Both the position numbers and the translations under genes were made by a program. A stretch of 64,000 nucleotides of DNA, from positions 200,508,001 through 200,572,000 of the forward strand of contig NC_042998.1 of the NCBI RefSeq assembly GCF_006345805.1, written 5' to 3'. The stretch comes from Octopus sinensis. Its lineage: Eukaryota. The notes under the pieces are model-generated. The model saw only the letters and a list, made by a program, of their open reading frames with translations, did not search any database and was not told the DNA's origin. Positions 26,436 through 38,570 of this stretch are shown piece after piece (the first letter of the stretch is position 1; each line of letters opens with the position of its first letter).

Positions 26436-27463
26436 AAAAAGAAGTGCAAAATGGACATGAAGGAGTCTTACACAAAAAAGGTCTACGTAGTCTATCCCAC
26501 GCAGCCACAACAGAAGATGCTGGAAAAAATAGGTGAGATTAGCTGACGAAAGGGACACTAAACCATGAGAAGATCGAGAGCACTATACTGTCAGCGCAAA
26601 CCAAACTTTGGCCACGGACTAGAGGTTCAAACGAAGGAATGAGCAAGCGTCTCCGCTCTGCCGAATCTGCAATAATGTGAATGAAACTAGTGCTCTTATT
26701 ATGAACGAATGCCTTAGACTTGCCTAAAACCAGTACATGTTGTGGCGATACGACCAGGTTGCGAAGGTGCTACAATTGAAACTGTGCGAAAAATGAGGGT
26801 TAAAGAGAGGCAAGACATTGTATGAGCAAAAACCGCAGAGTAACTGAGTCGGAGACTAGCAAAATCCTCCGGGATTACCCAATCCAAACAGATCGGCTGC
26901 TAGAGCATAAGAAACTTGACCCACTTGTGTTGGAGAAGGGGCACCATATATGCTATATTATGGCTCTTGGACCACGAATAGTCAAGAAGAAATGCGAAAC
27001 GTCACTTAGCGGTTCGGCAAAAGAGACCGATAGAATAAGTACTGGGCTTACAAAGAATAAGTCCCGGGGTCGATTTGCTCGACTAAAGGCGGTGCTCCAG
27101 CATGGCCGCAGTCAAATGACTGAAACAAGTAAAAGAGTAAAGAGTAAGAGTAAAGAGATAGATATCACATTCTTAAGTACGAAATAGCCCGGCTATGGAA
27201 AATGAAGGAGGTGAAGATAGTGCCAATTATTGTTGGGTCTTGGAGAACAGTATAAGAAGGCATCAATGGGAATATAACGGAAATTGGAGTAGAGTTCCCA
27301 GTAGAACTGTTACAAAAGTTTTACTTCCTTGGCACGGCCAGAATACTTAGGAAATTATTAGATAGCAGAAATAAATGGTTAGCATGGTACCGTAAGATAC
27401 AGGTAGCAAGCCCGCTTCGCATATAAGACTCTAATAGCTAAAAGAAAAACTGTGATAAAGAGA
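26436..27463 (+). mobile_element. Dong/R4 LINE 3' fragment (CCHC finger + RLE domain), interrupted by a SINE A piece
   Basis: CRICNNVNETSALIMNEC; KILRDYPIQTDRLLEHKKLD; LKYEIARLWKMKEVKIVPIIVG; LLQK...LGTARILRKLLD. Confidence 0.88.
27001..27155 (+). mobile_element. 5'-truncated SINE A inserted in the Dong ORF
   Basis: family A 3' end; the Dong reading resumes after it (IDRYHILKYE). Confidence 0.9.
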
Positions 27464-27507
<44 letters not shown>

Positions 27508-27511
27508 TAAC

Positions 27512-27545
<34 letters not shown>

Positions 27546-27565
27546 GTAATAATAATAATAATAAT
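27464..27565. repeat. (AAT)n array between two Dong fragments
   Basis: direct. Confidence 0.95.
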
Positions 27566-28340
27566 GATGATGGACAATTTCATAAGGATTTTGAAGATAG
27601 GACACAGAGAAAAAGATGGCTGTGAATGACTAAAGGTGATTTAAAACAGGAAACGAGGGTCTAATCTGTGCTGCCGAAGAGCAAGAACTAAGAACAAACT
27701 ACATAAAATACAGAATAGATAAGACAGCAGAAAGTGATAAGTGCAGAATCTGTTGATAAAATGGTGAAACCATATGGCCAATGTCCGCTACTAGTCCAGA
27801 AGGAATATAACAGAAGCAACAGCAATATAGCAAGGCTTGTTCATTGGACGCTTTGCAAGAGAGAAAAACATTGATAAGACCATAAACTCGAAGGCTTCAT
27901 TGAAAATGATAATGCAAAAATCCTGTGGAGTTTCATGATTCAGTGGGACTATGAGAGAGAAAATAAGAAGCCAGACAGTCTTAATTGAGAAAAAAAGTAA
28001 ACTATGCTGGATCATAGATATAGCATGCCCAGCTGATAACAAAGATATGCGATAAGGAAGAAAGAAAAGTCGATATTACGACAGGTTAGCTGAGGTAAAG
28101 CAGCTGTGGTCGATGAAAAAAGTGGTTGATGTACCAATAATTGTTGGAGGCCTGGGAAGAGTGAATAAAAATTGTGACTAGTACATGTAACAAATAAGGG
28201 CTGCAATAAGGGTGGAGCACTTGCAGAAAACAGCACCGCTTGGAACCGCACGGTTGCTCTGGATGGTGCTCGAAAACTAAGAGGTGGTACCTTAGTTGAC
28301 TAGTATATCTCCAGCGTTAGAAGCTGTGCAAAGTCAATGA
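27566..28340 (+). mobile_element. second Dong/R4 LINE 3' fragment
   Basis: MTKGDLKQET.GLICAAEEQELRTNYIKYRID; CRIC; KILWSFMIQ; KKPD; CWIIDIACPAD; HLQKTAPLGTARLLWMVLEN*. Confidence 0.88.
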
Positions 28341-28379
<39 letters not shown>

Positions 28380-28415
28380 ACACCACCACCACCACCACTA
28401 CTACTGCTGCTGCTG

Positions 28416-28451
<36 letters not shown>

Positions 28452-28475
28452 ATAATAATAATAATAATAATAATA
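28340..28475. repeat. (TAC)n-(CAC)n-(TGC)n-(AAT)n compound microsatellite
   Basis: direct. Confidence 0.95.
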
Positions 28476-28484
28476 GTATATATA

Positions 28485-29020
28485 CAAGGTTATTCAAAAA
28501 GAATGAACCGATTTCATTACGCAATGTTTCAATAAAGAGAAGCAATAGAAAACTCCAGCTAAGTCACAAGTATTTACTTACAATCAACTTTATTTCCTGT
28601 CTTACAAGTATTCAATGTGACCACCAATCTGCAGCACGGGTAACATCAATGCGATAAGAGAATTCCTCTCAGACGTGTATCAACATATCAAAAGGAAGTT
28701 CATTACGGGACTAAAGAATAAATTTGCATTGCTTGAGGCGATTCCAGAAGATATTGACATTGAAGGGAAATGGGAAAATCTCTGCTAAAAGATTCAACCA
28801 GACAGCCACAGAAGTACTCAGTAGATCGTGATATGCTGATACGTGTCTGGGAAGAATTAATGTTGCCCATGCTGCAGGTAGTGGCCACATTAAACACTTG
28901 TAAGACAGGAAATAAAAATTGATTGTGAGTAAATACTTGCGACTTACCTGGAGTTTCTATTGCTTTTCCTTATTAAAATATTGCGTAATGAAATCGATTC
29001 ATTCTGTTTGAATAATCATG
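28485..29020. mobile_element. Tc1-derived MITE made of two inverted 3' ends, TA flanks
   Basis: TA|CAAGGTTATTCAAA...TTTGAATAATCATG|TA; ~170-bp inverted arms; both arms encode a Tc1 C-terminus (DMLIRVWEEL..AAGSGHIKHL* on +; MLIHV*EEFSYRIDVTRAA on -). Confidence 0.8.
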
Positions 29021-29065
29021 TATATATATATATATATATCTATATATATATATATGAGTAAACAA

Positions 29066-29160
29066 TGAAGGGTGAAATTAATTAATTTGGAATAATTATC
29101 AATTACACCAAGTAGTCTTCGGCATGTAAAAGCCTCATTCGAGGAAAACTTCGGCATGTA
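29066..29160 (-). repeat. dispersed repeat end, near-identical copy at ~34536-34603 (+)
   Basis: ACATGCCGAAGACTACTTGGTGTAATTGATAATT.TTCCAAATTAATTAA(A)TTTCACCCTTCATT in both. Confidence 0.75.
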
Positions 29161-29214
29161 TTAAATTGCTTAATTGCTTAGTATTACTTATATATATATA
29201 TATATATATATATA

Positions 29215-29424
29215 TTCTTTTTCTTATTTGTTTCAGTCATTTGACTGCAACCATGCTAGAGCAGCACCTTCAGTCGAGCAAATCGACCCTCGGACTTATT
29301 CTTGTAAGCCCAGTACTTATTCTATCGGTCTCTTTTGCCGAACCGCTAAGTGACGGGGACGTAAACACACCAGCATCGGTTGTCAAGCGATGTTGGGGGG
29401 ACAAACACAGGCACACAAACATAT

Positions 29425-29475
<51 letters not shown>

Positions 29476-29525
29476 ATATAGGACAGGCTTCTTTCAGTTT
29501 TCGTCTACCAAATCACAAGGCATTG
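29215..29525 (-). mobile_element. SINE family A, 5' part deleted
   Basis: reverse-complement match to the tail and body. Confidence 0.85.
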
Positions 29526-29847
29526 TGATTTAAAATATAACCGGTTTCGATTTCATTCAACATACCAAATATTAAAATGAATCGTTTCAGAAAATTAAAG
29601 AGAGAAAAAAACTTAGGGTTGAAGAGTTTCTGCCCATATTCTTAATGAATTTTTATTTTAGAGTAATTTTGTTATATATGTTTTGTCTATGTAGGTTTGA
29701 GGGGGGGTTCAGGATGTCAAGCTTAAGAAATTCGATTTGAAATGAGTCTTTTGAATTGAATAGGAAGCTTTTATTCAGGTTGTGGCCTGCTGTGTGTGTG
29801 TGTTTGTGTATGCGGTTTTATTTCTGTGTGTATGTGTATGTGTGTGT

Positions 29848-29883
<36 letters not shown>

Positions 29884-30033
29884 TGTTTGGAATACATTGT
29901 AAAAACATTTTTCTTTGCTTCTTTTTCTATTTAGAAAATATGGTTTAGTCGTTAAGTGGTTTTATTAAGGATAGTCATTCAAAGAATTTGGTAGAAATGA
30001 ATTATTTTCCAGTTACTTTGCCGCGTGTGGGTG

Positions 30034-30072
<39 letters not shown>

Positions 30073-31352
30073 ATGTGTCTTTGGGTGTGTCAAAGCATTT
30101 TTGTTTCCTCTTGAGACGGTATGGTCAGTAGTTCTGGCCAGCTGTTTGTGTATGCTATTTTGTCTGTGAGTGTGTGTGTGTGTATGTGTGTTGTCTTCGG
30201 AAATATATTTCGTATATGTTTCTATGTTGTTGTGGGTTTTAGGGAATGCTTTGTGTGTGTGTGTGTTATTATGGTATGTGCTTGTGCGTGACACCCTTAT
30301 CTATTGATTAATAATGGGCGTTTAAAGATTTTGTTGTGGTTTAAATTCGTTAAAGAGTTTGGTATGTTTGCTATTTGTAGTTTGTGTGTGTATATAGTTT
30401 TAGTGGTGTATATATGTGTATACATGGGTGTGAATATGTATATGTTTTCTTTTGAGATTTGAAAACATGTTCTCGAATATGTAGTGCGGGTTTATGTGTA
30501 ATTTTGCTTTTATGGGAATGTTTCCGGGTGTGTTTGTGTTATTTGTGTCCGTATATACTTGTGTGTGCGTATGTATATAAATGTGTGTGTATATATATAT
30601 ATATATATATACATATATATATAATATATTGATTAAAACGGTAAGATAACAAAAGAAAGAAAGAGACCTCAATATTATGTAAATAGAGGAAATATTGTAA
30701 CATATGTATAGATATATATATATATATATATATTATATATAAACTTAGATATGTTTCGACCAAAGATTGGCCCAGGCTATGTCTAACTTAATAGCACCAC
30801 CTGATAAATTGATTATATAAACATGCAACCACATATATACATACATACATATATATATATATTATATAATATATATATATTATATATATATATATATTAT
30901 ATATAATATATATATAATATATATATATGTAATATATGGTTGTATGTATATATAATCAATTTAAAGAACAAACAATTAAAAAACAGAGATAAAAAGAAAA
31001 AAAAACGTACATGAGGAAGTGTACAAGAAATATGTTAAATCCATTCTTGGTGAAAGGAGAGAGTTGTTAACGCTTTTCTCGTTTATTTTTTGCTTTGTTT
31101 TCCATTGTTTGTTCTTCCAATTGACTACTCTACGCTCACACGGACCGTCTCTGTCCTTCCGACTGTTTTGGAGTACATGATTCTTGGATTTGTCTCTACC
31201 ATTACGTCACCTTATTAGTCATTCTGTGTACGTCATGGCTGTGAATCATTAAATATATAAACAAAACATTCAAACACTGAGATATATATATATGATATAT
31301 GTATAAAATAAATGTACGAATCTCTTATATAATATATATATATATATATATA

Positions 31353-31380
<28 letters not shown>

Positions 31381-31387
<7 letters not shown>

Positions 31388-31630
31388 CCAACGAGGGTAA
31401 GGACGCCGTTAAATATATTATATGTAGAAAAATACAAACTGGGACAAGAAGTAAACATTTAGAAGACGATACAAAAAACACGGACGGGACATTCGAAGCC
31501 TTCAATCTTCAGTCAAGAACCGGATCGTCCGTGCTTTTTGTATCGTCTTCTAAATTTTTACGTTCTTGTCCCAGTTTGTTTTTTCTACATATAATATATT
31601 TAACGGCGTCCTTACCTCGTTGGCCTTATA
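31381..31630. repeat. fold-back: ~105-bp inverted arms, 39-bp spacer, (TA)n flanks
   Basis: 31381-31486 vs 31526-31630 are near-perfect reverse complements. Confidence 0.9.
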
Positions 31631-31647
31631 TATTATATATATATATC

Positions 31648-31744
<97 letters not shown>

Positions 31745-33365
31745 TATGTATGTCTATGCGTATACTTATGTTTCATACTATGAAATTGAAATGTATGTTT
31801 GATGAGATGTTGCGAATTAACCTCTGTCCTTCACACAGAATAACATAAAGTTCATTCGTTTTTTTATGGTCACGTGCTTGCAATGATAAATCCGTGACAG
31901 GAGATGTTTAGTGAAAGCACTCTATGTGTCTAAACAAGAATGGATATAAATGTCAATTGGCGTGCCAGCTACATCTTTTCCCGAGACGGGGATAGTGCTA
32001 AATGGCTTCTGTACTCCACAGTGATTTACAGAATTTAGCATATCTCTGAAAATCTGTTCACACGATACAGTGACAAATCAGTCAAAGCAGACAGTAGATG
32101 AAATCCCTCCACATTAAAGAAGGGTAAAGAAGGTTGGATATAACCCTAGTTAATCACCAGTGGTTGATGTTTGGTGTCTATATACTTAGTGGATTCACAG
32201 GGTCATTGTATTAAGGAAATATAGGGCAGAAATCTGTGTGCAGCCTGCATTGTGTAGCGCAATCTAGTGCGGTATATCAGGAAGATAATATTCGGAGTCA
32301 TTTGTTTGAAATGCATCAAAAGCATTTTTATCCCTTCTTAACAATGCGAAATACCTGCATAATGCAAGCTGTTAGATTAGCGTCGTCTTTTTCAGGAACA
32401 AGGACGGTATCAAATGGAATATACGCAACAGATGAGCTTTGTCAAGGACATACCATTTAATGTTGGTTAAGATTTCCCGGAATCCCTATTCGAAACAGAA
32501 TTTTGAGTTAGAGGTTTCCTTTCTCCATATATCTCAAAGAGTGCATATATGTTTCTGCGATTATCTCATCTTGCAATAATTGGCTACAATGCCTATGTAA
32601 TGTCTCTTAACAAAACCCGTTAGTGTGATTGTCGCTCTACGGGCTTCAGCTTTCGTGAGGCAAAATGCTTTCAGCGAACATATGATACGAGTTCGGCACT
32701 TGCTAGTGAGAGAAGAATGTGGGCTAGAGATGGTATGGATGCTTGTTTGGTTCTAATAGAGCTTGTGATTTGGGAAGCCATGTTATATACACATAAATAG
32801 CTAACCATAACGTTATGGGCATTAAACAGCTTATATCTATGGGTTCGAGAGAAATGCTGCCAAATTAATGTCAGGCCGCTCTTCTTGCATCGATCACTCA
32901 GCGAGATTAATATCAAGCTGTCTTTAAAACCTAGAATGCTTTCATGAATTATCTGTTGTTGGTTAGTGTTCCCTATACCAACGTGATACGAAATGAACAA
33001 TGTCGGCCAAATTCTATTTGGAAATGAAAGTAAAAAAACAATTCCTACTTTGCTTCCAAGTGTTTAAAAAAATGAACGTGCATTCACATCTACACAACTT
33101 TGAAAATTACATGAGGAACTTAGTCGAAAACCATAAACCTCGCTCTATATGTTGCATGCTACTTTGCAACTTCCATCCTTTTCATCACTTACACACACTC
33201 ATACACACTCATGCTCACACGAGCACACATACACACACACATACACCCACATACATATATATTTATATGTTTATATACATCTATATACATGCATATACAT
33301 ACACACAGGCACGCAGACATAAAAATGACTGATCAGTCAGTCGGTTACGACAATGTGTTTTCCAG

Positions 33366-33503
33366 TCGATCCCATTAACGAAGCAGCTCATGAAATTAAC
33401 GTGCAAGCGACTGAAGACCCCAAAGACATCCCTACACTTTACGTAGTTCTCAGGGAGATTCTGCGTAACACAGCGTGTGAAATGGCTTGCTCTTTGATTA
33501 CAG
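33366..33503 (+). CDS. candidate internal coding exon, product unidentified
   Basis: gtgttttccag|...ACAG|gtacaa; 138 nt, phase 1-1; VDPINEAAHEINVQATEDPKDIPTLYVVLREILRNTACEMACSLIT; non-repetitive; no family recognised. Confidence 0.27.
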
Positions 33504-33573
33504 GTACAACACATATTTGTCTGCTGAGTGAACGGGAGTAACGAAGAAAAAATGTCTTACTTAAAAAATCAAA

Positions 33574-33645
33574 ACGCACCGCCCGGAATCGAACACATGA
33601 CCTCACGATTTAGACGCCTTAGCCTTAGACAATAAGACACACCAC
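33574..33645 (-). mobile_element. tRNA-like SINE head remnant
   Basis: minus strand ...GTGAGGTCATGTGTTCGATTCCGGGCGGTGCGTT with B box; D arm and anticodon degenerate. Confidence 0.5.
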
Positions 33646-33689
33646 ACTCAGCCCCCGCGCGCACACACAGATTCACATATATATATATG

Positions 33690-34434
33690 TATATATATAT
33701 TATTTAAAATCTGTTCTGTCTGTTTGTGTGTCTTCTAGGTCCTCAGGTATCCTCCATCCGATTGCGCTCAAATTTGATATGTAGATACCGACGGTATCAG
33801 GGCGTGTATAAGTCTTGACAAAATTACAAAAATCGATTCCAGGTGAGAATGCGATCGATAAAGCCGTGGGAACGTGCATTTTTACGCGCAAGTACATCAG
33901 CTGTCGCGATCGATACTATGCGTACGCGAGAAAAATGCACGTGCAGTTTGCGCAAAAAGAGCCGGCTGGATTGAAATAATGCCACAAAATACAGTATAAT
34001 TAAGAGACCAAAAATGTAAGATGCAAAAGAGATATTTTCCTCAAACTTGGCATGAAGGAAGGAAAGACTATTTGCTTTCTCAAGAATTTTTTTTCGCCTT
34101 AACTTCGTTTAACAAAACCAAAAATATTATTGAAATAAAGGCATACTTAATTATTTCTAATGAAAAGAAAATACCAATTGCTTTTTATTCAAGAGATATG
34201 AAGCAGCACAGTCCATTGGACGGGGCGCTTTTTTTGCTCGTTTAATGCATAAAACGTTCAATATATGCTGGAGATTTTAAACATATCTATATTCGTATAA
34301 AATGTGGTTATTTTAATTGCTCCTATTATGTAAAATAATAACTAAGCGCACTTTAAATGGATTTCTGAAATTATAATAAACATTAAATGCTTTCTATTAG
34401 TTGCTTAGCCCGAGGTAAGCTGTATGTAGGTAGT
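33690..34434 (+). mobile_element. decayed non-autonomous Helitron-like element
   Basis: typical 5' region (AAAATCTGTTCTGTCTGTTTGTGTGTC...CCGATTGCGCTCAAATTTGATATG); degenerate 3' end CCCGAG...GGTAGT resembling the intact 45266-45294 end. Confidence 0.5.
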
Positions 34435-35221
34435 GAAAATGAAACTGCCTCTCAGCTTGCTCTTCATAAATCTACGTTGTTACGACACGTAAAAATGGAA
34501 GCTCGTAATTGCCGTTATATATATATATATATTACATGCCGAAGACTACTTGGTGTAATTGATAATTTTTCCAAATTAATTAATTTCACCCTTCATTATT
34601 ACGGATAACCATATTTTATCTCAGTAGATGCCACAGCATCTTGTTTTGGCTACACGCGGGTGGGAGGGGCTGTTGACACAAATCGTTTCATTCACAAATT
34701 GAATTCGGTGATACCAGTTAAGGATTCTAGCTCGCTCTGATACTGAGTGGAGTTGGTGCCTTCTGGTATCTCAAAATTCAATATATAATCATTTATGATT
34801 ATAGTATTCTACGCTGAAGAGAAAAGAAGTTTCGGTAAGATAGAATTATTTATTATTTAATATTTAATATTTAGTTCTTATGCTTTCCTTAAAACTTGAT
34901 TTCGAAACGTACGTCCGTGGATAACTAAAAAAATGTATGATAGATTGCAGTCAATTCATTCTCTCTTACCTGTTTGTGTCTGCCTTCCAAATGCTGTTTT
35001 TACTGAGATCTCCCTTTTTGGTAGAAGAAATAGCTATAACCCTTTGACTGCTATTTCTAAATTCGGTATGTGGTAAGGCAACTCGTTGCTAAACCCTTAT
35101 TGCTTAGTATATATATATATATAACATACCACTAAGTATCTGTACCTCATTCATATCTCTTCCCTTGTGTTTATATATATATTATATATATACGTGAGTG
35201 CGTATTACTTAATTGTTATGC

Positions 35222-35264
<43 letters not shown>

Positions 35265-35291
35265 AATTGGTTTTTTGGGGTTTTTTTTATA

Positions 35292-35890
35292 GTTTCAGCT
35301 CAGAGCTGCGGCCATGCTGAGGCACCGCCGTTTTGTGTTACACTGTTATTGCGACGAACTTCGTCTAATATGTGGCACTTGGTGAAGAATGGAGTATGAT
35401 ACAGCTACTCTCATTTGCACCTCTTGCCGTGAGGTAGGTTTATCTTGGACTCTTGACAGGAAGATGTCCAGCTTTGATTTAAAAACCGCTACATCAACTT
35501 TGTGCAAGTTCCTCAGACTCTTAGGAAGAATATTAAAAAACTTTGGGCCCTTGAAACCCAGGCTGTTGCAGAAGCTGGTCCTGAAGCGTGATGGCATTGC
35601 TGGGATCTTTGGCACTATGCAGTGTCGTCCCGTTCTAGCATTGGTGTAGCTTACAATGCCAAAATTTTGCACAATTCCTTCCAGGATCTTCCAGACATAT
35701 ATTACTGCATACCTCTCCCGTCTTCTCTCCAGGGAGTAGAGTCGTAGCTGTTTCAACATTTCCCAGTAGCTGAGCTGTTGCAAAGAGACGATCTTCTTTG
35801 GGAATCTTCTCTGGATTGCTTCAAGGTCCGCTGTTAATTTTACATTGGTGGGTGACCATAGCTGTGAGCAGTAATCCAGTTGAATAGAAA
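35292..35890 (-). mobile_element. CR1-clade LINE 3' end with 3' UTR and A-rich tail
   Basis: QLDYCSQLWSP...LEAIQRRF...LSYWEMLKQLRLYSLERRRERY..IYVWKILEG...FNILP..LR...FKSKLD.FL; stop at 35346 followed by GGCGGTGCCTCAGCATGGCCGCAGCTCTGAGCTG. Confidence 0.9.
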
Positions 35891-36938
35891 ACTTGTATCT
35901 ATATATATGTATATATATATATAAATATATAATTTTTATATTTTACAATTAAACTATTGTGTTCTAATCAATTGCAGAACAATTTCGCCATTTTGTTCAG
36001 CTTTATTATGAAAATCGCTCGGTAATTCCACAGCGTTTCCAACTAATGAGATTATCAAGTTGAGAAATAACTCAATGAATCGCGTCCAGAATTACTTAAC
36101 TGCAGTAAATATATTACCTTTTGAATTGACATGGGATTCTCGGAAAATGATTGACCTATTTAGCGAAAAGAATTTTATACCAGACTTAACATCTTCTAGC
36201 ATCATCGCCTATATTTCGCAGTATATTTGGAAATCATTTGACAAACACGATAATAATAGCCACATGTGTCAATTTAGTTAAAGTCAATTATTTTAAGTGA
36301 TAGAGCATTTGTCACATGTCTGCTTCAGTAGACACCTCATATCGATCACCGCTAATATCTAGCTAAACCTAAATAATAACCATATTCAAAGTTTGATTGC
36401 CGTTATATTAGCAAATTCTTCCGGATAAATATCAAAAAGAAACCTTGACGTATGAAAATATTAACCTCCTTCAGTTATTATCTACTTTCAAATCGTTGGC
36501 AGCAATGGTGCAAAGACCGAAAGAAATCGCTGTTAAATTCGTGTAATTCCTATTTGTTTTGCAGAAATACAAATTTGTAAGGAAATATATATAAATAAAT
36601 ATGTGGATGAATAAATAAATAAATATCGATCGATAGTTATGGTGACAGAATATTAGACATATGGACTATATGTGAATGTGAAAATGGAAATAAGCAAGCC
36701 ATACACCCCGGAACACTGCAAGAAGTTTGGGTGTGGCAGGTTTAGCAATTTAGTCTATTAACGAGAGTTAGTATGAATCTTCAATATAGCGAAATCAATA
36801 ACAGAGAAACATGATAGAACTGTAATCACTCTAATTGTACAACTCAATAGTTGGTGATATAATATAATGATACTTTTGTTCACTGAAATCACTATTACGA
36901 ATTTTGGGCTGATCAACACTTGATCAACACATGATATG

Positions 36939-36977
<39 letters not shown>

Positions 36978-37096
36978 TATATATAAATAAATATATATAT
37001 ATATGTATTATGTATTTATATGTTTATATACATATATACCTGTTTGTATGTATATGTGTATATGTATGTATATATATATATATATAATATTATATA

Positions 37097-37140
<44 letters not shown>

Positions 37141-37155
37141 TAATATTTATATGTT

Positions 37156-37188
<33 letters not shown>

Positions 37189-37401
37189 GTATATATATAA
37201 ATGAATAAATAAATATATATATATGTATGTGTGTGTGTGTGAATATATATACACACACAGATATATATGCATGCATATGGATACAATATGTGTGTTTAAG
37301 TGAACATGTGATTGTGTTTCTATGTTACAAGAGAGAAAGAAAGAGAGAGAGAGAGTGAGGGAGAGAGATGGTGAGAGAGAGAGGGATATAGATAGATAAA
37401 G

Positions 37402-37434
<33 letters not shown>

Positions 37435-37443
37435 ATTATATAT

Positions 37444-37480
<37 letters not shown>

Positions 37481-37683
37481 AAGAGAGAGAGAGAGAGAGA
37501 GTGTGTGTTGTGAACGGAATTTACAAGATTGAAAAAAATCTTTCAACATCAAGATTATCAACAATAGTAAGAGGACGGAATAAAATGCGACACGAGGAAC
37601 AAAAGTAACACGGAATAATCAAAAGGAAATGAGTTCATATATATGAATGACAATCAATGGTAATTTTCTTATGGCTTCTACAG

Positions 37684-37842
37684 ACAATAGTTCATAGTAA
37701 AACATCTATTACAGACATTGAAGATGATGTTCACGCCTCCATCCTTACCACTCAATCTCTCAAACAAGCACAATGCATTACACAATGTCTCCAGTGCTTC
37801 ACCGACATCGAAACACTATTCAAATTACAACAATTGATCTGC
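37684..37842 (+). CDS. weak candidate coding exon, product unidentified
   Basis: acceptors at 37683 (ttttcttatggcttctacag) or 37714; open frame ...DIEDDVHASILTTQSLKQAQCITQCLQCFTDIETLFKLQQLIC; donor gtgtgt is weak. Confidence 0.18.
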
Positions 37843-38088
37843 GTGTGTATCATTCTATCTTCTTTTTCGTCTGATTCTCTCTCATGTCTTGCTCTGTGTT
37901 GTATATAATTTCCTTTAATATAAATGCAAGGATATTCACTAAAGTTACCCTAGGAAGTACAAATACCGATATTAGAATATACATAAACTGAAAACTAATT
38001 CAGCTGGCAGTTAGAATAATAAACACACACACATACACACACACTATATATATATATGTGCATGTGTGTGTGCGTGTGTGTGTGTATG

Positions 38089-38119
<31 letters not shown>

Positions 38120-38248
38120 ATATATCATATATATATACATATGCATATACATATATGTATACGTGTGCCTATTTGTGTAAATGTATGAATATAAGAATAC
38201 ATATATATATATATGCATTGGATATATACATATACATTCATATAAGGG

Positions 38249-38288
<40 letters not shown>

Positions 38289-38323
38289 TATGTATATATA
38301 AATACATATATATATATATATAT

Positions 38324-38372
<49 letters not shown>

Positions 38373-38413
38373 CATATATATATATTATATTATATATATA
38401 TATATATATATAT

Positions 38414-38570
38414 GTAGGTCTCGGGTGAGTCGGGGTTAACCACAGTAAATAAGGTACTCAATACATAACAGAGTAAATTAATTCATTTTATAGAAGGAGC
38501 TTCTACAGGACTAGAACTGTTCATTCAAAGAAAAGAAAATCATCAGGAAGCTTCTTGATGAATGAAACAG

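Noticed and set aside
33574-33645. tRNA gene
   Set aside because: Only the T-arm/B box is recognisable and there is no cloverleaf; treated as a SINE head, like the heads of families A, B and C.
36565-36576. 12-nt micro-exon candidate (ttgttttgcag|AAATACAAATTT|gtaagg)
   Set aside because: It is frame-compatible with the candidate exons, but such matches arise by chance in AT-rich DNA and there is no independent support.
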